DNA of 64,000 bases from a virus (lineage: Duplodnaviria; Caudoviricetes), in the IMG/VR virus record IMGVR_UViG_3300020460_000013, positions 37,322 through 101,321 of that record; one strand, 5' to 3'. The translations under genes were made by a program, and so were the position numbers. The notes beneath the pieces were generated by a model that did no database searches, was not told the DNA's origin, and saw only the letters and a program-made list of their open reading frames with translations. This document shows positions 26,927-35,236 of the stretch, one piece after another (within the stretch, counting starts at the first letter, position 1; the number at the start of each line of letters is the position of its first letter).

Positions 26927-27160
26927 TTAAATAGGTAATGTTGCAACTCTTGGTAAAAAGTTTAATTCCCTTGCATCTGCCTCTAACTTCTCTTTCAGAG
27001 GTTTAGAAATTAATGGAGCGACAGTATCTGGCTCCATATTATTCTTTTCGCAATAATCTAGAATAGCATCCATATAAGTTACACCACCACATTTGACTAT
27101 TTCTTCAATCTGTAGTGCAAATTTCTTTGGTGTCATTTTCACGACTTCTTCTAGATTCAT
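26927..27160 (-). CDS. Late-transcription coactivator gp33
   Basis: F...IE.IV..Y.DAI..YCE.N...LISKPLKEKLE.DA..LNFL; start revised using the AGGAG RBS. Confidence 0.85.
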   Translation of the reverse strand: MNLEEVVKMTPKKFALQIEEIVKCGGVTYMDAILDYCEKNNMEPDTVAPLISKPLKEKLEADARELNFLPRVATLPI

Positions 27161-27186
27161 TACAAAAACTCCTTTGTTATGTTGAA

Positions 27187-27232
27187 ATGGAGTTAACCAT
27201 GACTCCACACGCACTTATTAAGTAGTGACCCT
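27187..27232 (-). ncRNA. Small two-hairpin structured element upstream of gp33, unidentified
   Basis: CAC-t-ACTT-aat-AAGT-gc-GTG followed by TGGAGT-catggtta-ACTCCA. Confidence 0.4.
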
Positions 27233-27241
27233 TATTATTTT

Positions 27242-27427
27242 GTGTTGGTGGGACTTGGGTACACCCACAACTGAAGAACCAAGATACCATTCTTGCGTAA
27301 TCTCCAGAACCTAGTTCCAATCGGTGAGATTGATGTGACACAGCGTGCTTCCACTACCATGCCTGGATACCACTCCTAACTAGTCAAGTTCATATCTCTT
27401 GGTGAGATACTCTTCCTTGCACAACAC
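27242..27427 (-). ncRNA. ~186-nt structured RNA, manA-motif-like
   Basis: Terminal GTGTTG/CAACAC stem and internal hairpins. GTGCAAGGA and GTGGGT..CC.AGTCCCAC segments recall the manA RNA from memory; not searched. Confidence 0.55.
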
Positions 27428-27458
27428 GATTTTGGCCGTCGCCAAACTATGAAACTGG

Positions 27459-27815
27459 TAGTGGTGTTTCTGTTTCCAAGTACACCACTAAAACTCAGTA
27501 CGATTAAGCAGCTAGTGCATAATCTACAGGCGCAAAATTATCGTTTGCACTTATTTGTTTTGACCGATAACGAGGTCATGCGACAGTTCTACTCTCATAT
27601 CCATTTGTTAGTCGATCCTATTTCGCCCCCACAAAGACATACTAGCCGATTCTACCTCACAATCAGATGATGTTAACCCTTGTGTACACAGAGGTATGGT
27701 TACATATTACAGTTGGGCTCCCAAGTTCATATGTCATCATCTAGTATGTCTATGGTGGAGGCGATGGGTACTGCCCCCATGTCCTACCCAAATATCAATT
27801 CGTATCAACAAACTG
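27459..27815 (-). ncRNA. ssrA: Circularly permuted two-piece tmRNA, alphaproteobacterial type
   Basis: Acceptor piece ends CGCCTCCACCA at 27753. Coding piece starts GGGGGCGAAATAGGATCGAC at 27630. G3.U70 pair present. Tag ANDNFAPVDYALAA* at 27548-27504. Confidence 0.95.
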
Positions 27816-27820
27816 TACCT

Positions 27821-27851
27821 TATTTATATCATATAAAATTTTATAAGTCAA
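27821..27851 (-). promoter_or_regulatory. Composite sigma70/late promoter for tmRNA
   Basis: TTGACT-17-TATAAATA. Confidence 0.75.
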
Positions 27852-28200
27852 TACCTTTTTTATTTAAATCTGTATTCATATTGATTCTTCCCTTACCAGA
27901 TCCTAATACACACGCAAACTTATTGTCTTTAGTAAACTCTAAAAGAGTCCAAGTAAGTGTTTTTGTATTCATGGCCAGAACAAATCTAGTATTAAGAAAT
28001 ATACCCTCTACTGCCATAGAACGTCCATCCATCCAAATAAAAGGATCTTCACCAGATGATTTTAGACTTTCTATAACAACATCTGCATTACCACATTGAG
28101 CTGGTTTCATTACCCAACCAGTATTAGGACTTTTTGTCTGTGCGTTTATACTAAAGGTACTGAGCAACAGAAATGTTGTTATCAGAAATATTTTTTTCAT
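27841..28200 (-). CDS. Hypothetical exported protein
   Basis: Signal peptide; Cys pair. Confidence 0.7.
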   Translation of the reverse strand: MKKIFLITTFLLLSTFSINAQTKSPNTGWVMKPAQCGNADVVIESLKSSGEDPFIWMDGRSMAVEGIFLNTRFVLAMNTKTLTWTLLEFTKDNKFACVLGSGKGRINMNTDLNKKGIDL

Positions 28201-28867
28201 TTTCTTCTCTTTCCCATTGCATTATAAATTCATCAATTACTTCAACAAGCATAGGTAGATACTCATGTTTCTTCTTAATAAACTCTTGAACATGACCATC
28301 TTCTGTGACAACAAGAATAACAATTTGTTCTATTGGTGTACCAGTTCTTTCCTCAAACATCTCTGCATATGCAGATGCTTGTATATAATACTCTAAGTTC
28401 CAATCATCATTTCTTTCTGACTTGGAAGTTTTAAAATCAATTATAGATGGAATGTTATTATACTCTGCAATGCAATCTACTCGGCCTGCAACTTTGTATT
28501 TATCACTCCATAATCCACATTCTTGTGCATATATATTATTTATATTTGTTTTGATAACATCTTTGATTTGTGTGAATAAACAATAGGGTAAAAATTCTCT
28601 ATTGTCTTTAGTTACTTCTTTATTGTTTAGAAAATCCTCACACATCTGGTGAACTTTTGTTCCACGATTTGCAGCTGTTCTTGCAATATAATTTGCAACG
28701 TCATCACCAACTCTTTTTCTCCATTCAGAAAGACCTTGTTTCTTTCTAAGAGAAAGTACTGTAGTAATAGATGGATATAATCCACCTTGTGGTGTTATAT
28801 AAAATCTTTTTCTATTGACGTTTTTTGTAGATAATTCTGGTATATCTACTGATTTGTGTATAAACAT
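28151..28867 (-). CDS. PD-(D/E)xK exonuclease
   Basis: YPSITTVL, RGT.VH, AGRVDC, IDFKT and Q..AY motifs. Confidence 0.9.
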   Translation of the reverse strand: MFIHKSVDIPELSTKNVNRKRFYITPQGGLYPSITTVLSLRKKQGLSEWRKRVGDDVANYIARTAANRGTKVHQMCEDFLNNKEVTKDNREFLPYCLFTQIKDVIKTNINNIYAQECGLWSDKYKVAGRVDCIAEYNNIPSIIDFKTSKSERNDDWNLEYYIQASAYAEMFEERTGTPIEQIVILVVTEDGHVQEFIKKKHEYLPMLVEVIDEFIMQWEREENEKNISDNNISVAQYL

Positions 28868-28914
28868 AATATTTCCATTCTATAGTTAATTTTAATCAAT
28901 ATATCAAATATGAC

Positions 28915-29175
28915 TTACATTGTCAATGGTTTTACAAAACTTTTTTTCCAAACTTCTGTAGCTGGTACACGAATAAATCTTCTCTTTGTTTCGTGTTTAT
29001 TTGGATTAGGTATTGTTACCATAACTTTTTTACCTTTACGAAAAGCTTCTGCTTGATGTACTATTCTTTGACCAGACTCGATAAAGTCTTTTCTCATAGA
29101 CTTAGTTATTTGTTTAGAAACACTTCGTCTTTCACCTTTAGAGGTTTGTTTATCTCTTTTCTTTTTCTTACCCAT
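28915..29175 (-). CDS. Basic hypothetical protein
   Basis: SKGERRSV...TIPNPNK.ET...FIRV. Confidence 0.7.
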   Translation of the reverse strand: MGKKKKRDKQTSKGERRSVSKQITKSMRKDFIESGQRIVHQAEAFRKGKKVMVTIPNPNKHETKRRFIRVPATEVWKKSFVKPLTM

Positions 29176-29875
29176 TATTTTCTTGTCCTAACTTTATCTT
29201 ACTAATGAGATATTCTTTTACTAGACCAGAACGAACTATATCACCTAAATTAAATTCTACAGTTGCAAAACTTTCCATCTTAGATATGATGGACATAAAA
29301 TACTTGAGGCCTTCTTTTTCTGATTGTTTTTGTAAATCTGTCTGAAAGAAATCACCACAGAATATTATTTTACTGTCTTGTCCAACTCTTGTAGTAATAG
29401 TGTCTAGTTCGTGAAAATTTAGGTTCTGACACTCATCTACGATAATGATTGCATTGTCTAGTGTTATACCTCGTAAAAAAGATGTGGTTAGAAACATCAA
29501 ACTTTGTTGATTTTTTAATCTATCATACAATAAAGAAAATGCGTGTTCATTTGGTTGTGAGAATATAAACCTTACCATGTTCTGGTATGGTACTTGAAAC
29601 AATGCAGTTTTATCTTCTTCATCGCCTGGTAAAAAACCTATTTCTCTTGTAGGAACTGCACTACGAACTAGATAAACTGTATCATACTTAGTATCATTTC
29701 TTAGACATTCCTGTAATGCAAGATACAAAGAAATAAATGTTTTTCCTGTACCAGCTGCACCATAGAGAAACATATTCTTTCCTTTTTTGTAATGTTCAAA
29801 TACTTTCTTTTGATTATCACCAACTGGCGATACAGAAATCATATCATCAATTCTAATATCTTTTGCTTTAGCCAT
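29168..29875 (-). CDS. phoH: PhoH-family ATPase
   Basis: GAAGTGKT, GFLPG, FLRG.T and DECQN motifs. Confidence 0.95.
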   Translation of the reverse strand: MAKAKDIRIDDMISVSPVGDNQKKVFEHYKKGKNMFLYGAAGTGKTFISLYLALQECLRNDTKYDTVYLVRSAVPTREIGFLPGDEEDKTALFQVPYQNMVRFIFSQPNEHAFSLLYDRLKNQQSLMFLTTSFLRGITLDNAIIIVDECQNLNFHELDTITTRVGQDSKIIFCGDFFQTDLQKQSEKEGLKYFMSIISKMESFATVEFNLGDIVRSGLVKEYLISKIKLGQENNG

Positions 29876-30186
29876 TAACTAACTTTCCATTTACTTCTGT
29901 GTTTATCAATCACTCGTTTTGTCTGTGATTGTTTTACAGTTCTTCTATTGTATCTTTCGTCTATTTCACTGCCTGGGTGATTTTCACCAATCTTCTGTAA
30001 CACTTCTTTAAACCCATCATCAGTTTTACTGTCTACTGTAGTTGCAACTGTAGATACAATTGCAAATGGTGTAGGTATTTGTGTTATGTGTGGATTTTTC
30101 TCTAGAAGTTCTTCTCTTCTTGAATTTGACAAAAAGTCATCAAACTGTTCACCAGTTTCATTATTCATAAATCTAAATGTAGGCAT
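29875..30186 (-). CDS. Conserved T4-like hypothetical protein
   Basis: MPTFRF.N.ETGE; GFKEVL.KI. Confidence 0.75.
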   Translation of the reverse strand: MPTFRFMNNETGEQFDDFLSNSRREELLEKNPHITQIPTPFAIVSTVATTVDSKTDDGFKEVLQKIGENHPGSEIDERYNRRTVKQSQTKRVIDKHRSKWKVS

Positions 30187-30416
30187 TATCTAACTACCGA
30201 ATCTCTTAAATCGTTCAACTCTTTTATTCTATTTAGGAGTCCATATTTCTCTTTATTCATTACTGCAATTTCTTTTTTCAATAACTCTACTTGTCGTCTT
30301 AACTCTGCATTTTCTTGTCTTAAAGATACCCTCTCGTCAAACTTCATACTCTTTTCCTTTCTTAACTTCCAAAGAATCCATTCATAATATCTTTCTGGTT
30401 CTACATCATCATCCAT
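30186..30416 (-). CDS. Hypothetical coiled-coil protein
   Basis: Coupled ORF. Confidence 0.6.
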   Translation of the reverse strand: MDDDVEPERYYEWILWKLRKEKSMKFDERVSLRQENAELRRQVELLKKEIAVMNKEKYGLLNRIKELNDLRDSVVR

Positions 30417-30940
30417 GTTGGTGTTTCTCTATTTGTCCACTTTGCAAAATCTTTCTTATACTTTATATAGTAGTTTCGATATGCAAGTATACTGTCATCA
30501 CCTTTTACATCATCAGGCATGGCCTGTGGTATTTCTGTTAAACCTTTTTCTTCAATATTTACTGGTGGTGTTCTAAGAAGTTCTCGTAACAAAGAGTCTG
30601 TATAGTGAACTTTACCATACCTATGTGTATATTCATCACATAGATTTTCAAATAAACTGTGTAACCAAATATAGTTTGTAATACTTTCTCTTGTCCATAT
30701 TGCACTTGGATGATTAATATGTGAAGCTTTGTAGAGTATATTTTCTATATTTGTATTTGGGTGTTTCCATCTGCGTATTCTACGACCATTCTTAGTCTTA
30801 TCCTCATACTCTACACCATCAAGTATTCTATGTGCAGTAGACATAAGTTGTGCATACTCTATAATCATTTTCACAACGTGTTTGTCACAATGCATTTGTG
30901 CAGACTTTTTAGTATCTTCATGTAGATTGAATATGTTCAT
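30401..30940 (-). CDS. Pyrimidine-dimer DNA glycosylase-like protein
   Basis: MNIF.L, HCDKHVVKM..E.AQ, H.NHP and AYR.YY motifs. Confidence 0.75.
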   Translation of the reverse strand: MNIFNLHEDTKKSAQMHCDKHVVKMIIEYAQLMSTAHRILDGVEYEDKTKNGRRIRRWKHPNTNIENILYKASHINHPSAIWTRESITNYIWLHSLFENLCDEYTHRYGKVHYTDSLLRELLRTPPVNIEEKGLTEIPQAMPDDVKGDDSILAYRNYYIKYKKDFAKWTNRETPTWMMM

Positions 30941-31182
30941 TTTTTCACACAGAAGTTTCGTAAAAATTTACAATCAACTTCTCCTTTACATACTTTTTCA
31001 TGTTTTGCATTTTCCCAACAATCGCCATCTGGTAAATGCATCTGTACAAACATACCCCATGTTCCCATAGAAGTAAAGAGTAAAATAGCAGGAATTATCA
31101 ACATCATAAAAACTAGTGTAATAAATGCTGATCCAAATCCCTCATTGTCATATGGTTCATTATTCATTTTCTGTTCTCCCAT
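30937..31182 (-). CDS. Hypothetical membrane protein
   Basis: TM segment and Cys-rich tail. Confidence 0.6.
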   Translation of the reverse strand: MGEQKMNNEPYDNEGFGSAFITLVFMMLIIPAILLFTSMGTWGMFVQMHLPDGDCWENAKHEKVCKGEVDCKFLRNFCVKK

Positions 31183-31601
31183 CTATAAAATATATGTTTA
31201 TCAATTTTTGCAATTCTTCTATACTTTTTATTCTTAGCCCAATATGGAAAAACAGAGGTCGCATGATAATGTGTAGCATTACCTACAAGTTCTTCTGTTC
31301 TTCCTGCTATTACTGTCTTTGCAACCATCAAAGAAGTTTTCCATGATTTACTTTTTGTATTCGGTGTATCGTCTGCACCATCACAGTACCAACTAAAATG
31401 ACACATATTCTTTTTGGGTAAACCATTACTATCTAAAACTGCTTGTTTAACAACTCCACAGATTGTATCTGGAAATCGTTTATCGTTTACACGATTAATA
31501 ACGACTTGTGCAACAGCAATCTGTCCAACAATGGGTTCTGAACGTGCTTCATGGTACACGTTCATGGCCATACACATTAATGCAGTTTTAAGTAACATCA
31601 C
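31164..31601 (-). CDS. SleB-like cell wall hydrolase (Hydrolase_2)
   Basis: YHEAR.E, VINRV, FSWYCDG and ATHYHA motifs. Confidence 0.9.
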   Translation of the reverse strand: MMLLKTALMCMAMNVYHEARSEPIVGQIAVAQVVINRVNDKRFPDTICGVVKQAVLDSNGLPKKNMCHFSWYCDGADDTPNTKSKSWKTSLMVAKTVIAGRTEELVGNATHYHATSVFPYWAKNKKYRRIAKIDKHIFYRWENRK

Positions 31602-31607
31602 AAGTAT

Positions 31608-31802
31608 TTATTGTTTATCAACCCAAAATTCATTCCAAAACATATCTAGTTCTTTACTCAACATTACTGATGTTGTAGTAATATCATCAAAATCAAACAT
31701 TTTTAACCAGAACTCTTTAAAGGATTCACAATCATTAATAACTTCGTGAGCATGATCCCAAAACTTTTCTTCAAAATCTAACATTAAACTTGACATTCCC
31801 AT
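31608..31802 (-). CDS. Hypothetical early protein
   Basis: Has its own promoter and an AGGAGAGAG RBS. Confidence 0.7.
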   Translation of the reverse strand: MGMSSLMLDFEEKFWDHAHEVINDCESFKEFWLKMFDFDDITTTSVMLSKELDMFWNEFWVDKQ

Positions 31803-31822
31803 AACTCTCTCCTTTTTAATTA

Positions 31823-31857
31823 CGAATCATTATATCATTTTTCGATATAATTGTCAA
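31823..31857 (-). promoter_or_regulatory. sigma70 early promoter with TGATTCG abutting the -10
   Basis: TTGACA-17-TATAAT-GATTCG. Confidence 0.85.
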
Positions 31858-32230
31858 ACATTTTTCTTTCTAACTTAAAAGCCTCTATTTCATAAGGTCT
31901 ATCTTCATATGCAACCTTACTACTTTTATCTACGGCGAATATATCACCACCAAATTCTTTCTTGATATGTTGTTTAATATGAACAAACTCATGAAAGATT
32001 GTTTTAATCAAATCATCTACTGATAATTGTCTATTAATTCTAATATAATATGACCTATCATCTAAATCATAAACATCACCACATTGACCAAACTTTAAAG
32101 GTTCAATATGAATCTCATCAATCTTATGTCTAGGTAATAGATAAGACTTTGCGAACCAGAGAGCATCCTCAATGGTTCGTTTTAGTTTTTTATTGGTTCT
32201 TCTTTTAAATTCTATGTACATATTAATCAA
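31835..32230 (-). CDS. HEXXH metallopeptidase-like protein
   Basis: HEFVHIKQ...PYEIEA. Confidence 0.75.
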   Translation of the reverse strand: MINMYIEFKRRTNKKLKRTIEDALWFAKSYLLPRHKIDEIHIEPLKFGQCGDVYDLDDRSYYIRINRQLSVDDLIKTIFHEFVHIKQHIKKEFGGDIFAVDKSSKVAYEDRPYEIEAFKLERKMFDNYIEK

Positions 32231-32408
32231 AAGTTATTTGAGCTGCATAGTCAATATTATCAAAGATTTTATCTAACTCTGCAATCTTTTCCTTGCACTT
32301 CATTATTGCAAATCCGTTGCCAGGGGTTTTCTTTTTCTTTCGTTCAAGGGAATTTAACATATCTTTAAAGAATGTATATTCTTTTTGTAATTGTGTCAGT
32401 TGATTCAT
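32223..32408 (-). CDS. Hypothetical early protein (start revised to MNQL)
   Basis: AGAGAGAGA RBS after a promoter. Confidence 0.7.
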   Translation of the reverse strand: MNQLTQLQKEYTFFKDMLNSLERKKKKTPGNGFAIMKCKEKIAELDKIFDNIDYAAQITFD

Positions 32409-32438
32409 AATAATCTCTCTCTTGTTAACTATACCTAT

Positions 32439-32467
32439 ATTATAAACTGATTCGTTTTTTGTGTCAA
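32439..32467 (-). promoter_or_regulatory. sigma70 early promoter with GANTC motif in the spacer
   Basis: TTGACA-17-TATAAT; CGAATCA at 32448-32454. Confidence 0.85.
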
Positions 32468-32469
32468 GT

Positions 32470-32649
32470 AAAAAAAGAGGGAACAAAAGTTCCCTCTTGA
32501 AGCCTCGTTAAATGTCACCAAGTTTCGGCCACCCACTCTTGGTGCAGTAACTTCTGTAAGAGTATTGAGTCCTTGAGTTTACCAGACTTGTAACTCACTC
32601 TGTTACTTTCGTCATGTCATTGGTTTTAATCTCCCTCTTTATTAACTAT
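32470..32649 (-). ncRNA. ~180-nt structured transcript with RBS and AUG-ACA-UGA minigene
   Basis: Promoter TTGACA(32684)-17-TATACT with CGAATCA; nested stems; terminator AAGAGGGAAC-TTTT-GTTCCCTCTTTTTTT; no substantial ORF. Confidence 0.65.
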
Positions 32650-32701
32650 ACTTACAGTATATACTGATTCGTTTAGTTTGTCAACACTTTTTGTTATCAA
32701 A

Positions 32702-32791
32702 ACAAAAAACCCTCAGAAGAGGGTTTTCGCTTGTCGTGGGTTATTAGATTTTAGAGAGTGAGAGAGAGAGGACTAACAATCCCACGACACA
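32702..32791 (-). ncRNA. ~90-nt sRNA with a CU-rich (anti-SD-like) loop
   Basis: TTGACA(32826)-17-TAGTCT; 16-bp stem; loop TCCTCTCTCTCTCACTCTCTAAAAT; terminator AAAACCCTC-TTCT-GAGGGTTTTTT. Confidence 0.75.
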
Positions 32792-32832
32792 TGGATTAGA
32801 CTATCATATCATAATATAAATGTCAATAGTTT

Positions 32833-33288
32833 TTAATCCATTAACTCAAAATGTGGCCCATCAATAAATGGCCTTCTACCTTGTGAACGTCTTAAATCAA
32901 TATATGCGTTCATAGCATCTTCCATTGTACCATCCCAATCTCGCATATCATTAATGTGCCATGCAGCTCCCCAACGCACTTGTACACCTTCTTGAATAGC
33001 TGCTTCTTTCATTGCATCTGCAAGATCATCATAAAGGTTCAATTCCCATGATCCCCTTGAACCAACATAGGCCATGAGGTCAACTGCTTTACCCTCTAAA
33101 TGTTTACTCTTCATTGTTTGACTTGCGCCTTTCGCTACAAGCTCTTTTTGTTGTGCTTCGGTTCTTAAACCTTGAATCACGCCAAAGTCAGTTTTTGTCA
33201 ATCCTATGGCAGTTTTGACAACTCTTTGCATACGCTCATCAACACCCTCTAGTTTATCTAGTGATCTTTGTGATAATTTAAATGCCAT
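32833..33288 (-). CDS. Endolysin, M15 L-Ala-D-Glu peptidase
   Basis: GLRT..QQ, SKHL.G.AVD and DGPHFEL motifs. Confidence 0.9.
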   Translation of the reverse strand: MAFKLSQRSLDKLEGVDERMQRVVKTAIGLTKTDFGVIQGLRTEAQQKELVAKGASQTMKSKHLEGKAVDLMAYVGSRGSWELNLYDDLADAMKEAAIQEGVQVRWGAAWHINDMRDWDGTMEDAMNAYIDLRRSQGRRPFIDGPHFELMD

Positions 33289-33290
33289 TT

Positions 33291-33743
33291 TTAACTCCTA
33301 CTAAAATTATCGTTCCAATTAAACGCTTCTTTGACAACAGCTGCAGATAATCCTTTATACACTTGATGTAATCTTTTATCTTTTGTGTTAATTACCAACT
33401 CTGCTTCTGATTTATGTAATCCTTCAAGTAATTGTATAAACATATCTTCTCGTCTAAATTGTGGTAATGGATCGTTACCACCTTTTACATAATTATATAA
33501 TTTTCTTGCTTCTTTTGCAAGAACTGTATGTTCTGTTCCTTCTTCTGATTCATTTGCTTTGTATGGAACATCACCTTTTGGAAGTTTCCATTCAATTTTC
33601 GGATCAAAAGAACCTTTTAGTATCATTCTCAATGGTTCACTATCATGTTCTTTGAGAATTGCAACCTTTTTATCTTTTGTTTTTGCATTATTTACTTTCT
33701 TTAAAACTTCAGAAAGTAGTGGTGTATATGTTTTTACGGCCAT
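33291..33743 (-). CDS. Conserved T4-like hypothetical protein
   Basis: LP.GDVPY; RE.MFIQLLEGLH..EA; typical neighbour of RNase H. Confidence 0.75.
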   Translation of the reverse strand: MAVKTYTPLLSEVLKKVNNAKTKDKKVAILKEHDSEPLRMILKGSFDPKIEWKLPKGDVPYKANESEEGTEHTVLAKEARKLYNYVKGGNDPLPQFRREDMFIQLLEGLHKSEAELVINTKDKRLHQVYKGLSAAVVKEAFNWNDNFSRS

Positions 33744-33744
33744 A

Positions 33745-34611
33745 TTAAAAATCTCCAATATCGTTCATAAGATTTCTCAATCTTTTTTGTATAAAATAAT
33801 TTAGTAGATTTGATCTTTCACCTTTTGGTGGTTTGCGATATTCAATCATTATTTCTCTTTTCACATCTTTTGGAATACATTCTAAATCAATTAAAGTTTT
33901 ATTTCTTTGATAGTTTCTTAATTGTTCTGCATTACAAAAATCTTCTGGTTCTTGTTTGGACATAAGAATTGAATCTTTTCTTTTCTTACTAAAAGGTTTT
34001 TGTCTTAATCCATCAACAAAAGTATTATCTGGTGATAAGATATTTGGAATACTATCGCTTCTATCTCCTACTAATATATGTTCTTTTATATATAGGTAGG
34101 GATCAATACCATTGATAAACTTCTTGTTTACAGGGCTGTATTGTGTAACAAAGTTATACTTTTGTAGTTGTATAAAATCTTTGTCACTAGATAATATTAG
34201 TACTTTCTCATATTCATTTGGTGTTTGATTGATATGCATACAAATAGTTGCAATACAATCATCTGCTTCTGCACCATCAACTTCTATTACTTTATATGGA
34301 AAGTTTTCTCTAATCTCATCACGAATAGTATTTAATGTTTCAAATATTAAATTCCAATCCAGACCAGAGTTGGCTCTGTCTTTCTTTCGATTAGATTTAT
34401 AGTTTGGAAAATAATCTCTTCTCCAATATCTTTTGTTATCATAACATAATACTAGTTCTCCAAATTCTTCAAAGAACTTAGCTCTATACATTCTTAAAGA
34501 ATTGAGAACCATGTGTCTAACAAGATTCTCATCTACATCATTTTGTCTTTTAGAACCAACTTGCATCATAAGATTACTGATGGTTACTTGATTCATATCA
34601 ACTAATATCAT
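33745..34611 (-). CDS. rnh: T4-type RNase H (5'-3' exonuclease)
   Basis: LVD.NQ, EADD, SSDKDF and GDRSD.IPN motifs. Confidence 0.9.
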   Translation of the reverse strand: MILVDMNQVTISNLMMQVGSKRQNDVDENLVRHMVLNSLRMYRAKFFEEFGELVLCYDNKRYWRRDYFPNYKSNRKKDRANSGLDWNLIFETLNTIRDEIRENFPYKVIEVDGAEADDCIATICMHINQTPNEYEKVLILSSDKDFIQLQKYNFVTQYSPVNKKFINGIDPYLYIKEHILVGDRSDSIPNILSPDNTFVDGLRQKPFSKKRKDSILMSKQEPEDFCNAEQLRNYQRNKTLIDLECIPKDVKREIMIEYRKPPKGERSNLLNYFIQKRLRNLMNDIGDF

Positions 34612-34620
34612 AATACATTC

Positions 34621-34854
34621 CTAGTGTAGTGTTTCTTTCTCTGCTCCTAGTTCAGTTGAGTGATCTACTATCATAGCCATCAAACTTATAAACTCTTTTT
34701 CAGACAACACTTCTTTATATATGCGTGTTGCTGTTGCTTGCATTATGCCTGCAATTTCTAATAGACTAATATTCTTTTTTACAACTAGTTCTTCGACTAA
34801 TTTTATAATATCTGCGTGAGCTTCTTCAAATCTTTCTACACGACCCTTTTCCAT
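34621..34854 (-). CDS. Hypothetical protein
   Basis: ORF in an operon. Confidence 0.65.
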   Translation of the reverse strand: MEKGRVERFEEAHADIIKLVEELVVKKNISLLEIAGIMQATATRIYKEVLSEKEFISLMAMIVDHSTELGAEKETLH

Positions 34855-35225
34855 CTTACTCTCTTTTCTTGATATTCACCATAAAAATCATCACACCAAT
34901 CACCATGTTTTAGATAGTATTCACAGTTACGAATATAACCCTCAATACTAGCAGCTCTTGAGATTGCACCTTTGATATTATCTCTTACAGCTTTTCTTTC
35001 GACTGTAAGTAATTCTTTTTGAGTCTTAATCCACTTACGAATATTCTTTAGACAAAGAATATGATCGTCTGGTAAGTTAATAACTTCCTTTGCAATATTT
35101 TTATATTGAGGTGGATTTTCTCTCAACCTCTTCTCCCTTGCCTTTGCAAGTCTTTCAGTTGCAGCTATTCTTTGTTCAACCGACATTGGTTTTCTTGGTT
35201 TCTTAAATTTTTTCACAGTATTCAT
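34836..35225 (-). CDS. Conserved hypothetical phage protein
   Basis: ERLAKARE; YL..GDW.D.FYGE. Confidence 0.75.
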   Translation of the reverse strand: MNTVKKFKKPRKPMSVEQRIAATERLAKAREKRLRENPPQYKNIAKEVINLPDDHILCLKNIRKWIKTQKELLTVERKAVRDNIKGAISRAASIEGYIRNCEYYLKHGDWCDDFYGEYQEKRVRWKRVV

Positions 35226-35236
35226 TATAACCTCTC

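Noticed and set aside
27753-27784. tRNA-like 3' end with CCA
   Set aside because: It has no anticodon or D arm and is the tmRNA acceptor piece. I saw no true tRNA in the window.
27449-28099. Plus-strand ORFs 27449-27670 and 27680-28099
   Set aside because: They are antisense to the tmRNA and a real CDS, with no RBS or recognisable motifs.
32500-32615. Twister or hammerhead ribozyme (GTTACAAG, TGACGA and CGAAAC fragments), or UGA readthrough
   Set aside because: Core nucleotides and stem order do not fit either ribozyme, and readthrough gives no recognisable peptide.
32753-32771. (AG)n microsatellite as a phase-variation tract
   Set aside because: It is not in a CDS or promoter spacer and sits exactly in a hairpin loop of a discrete transcript.
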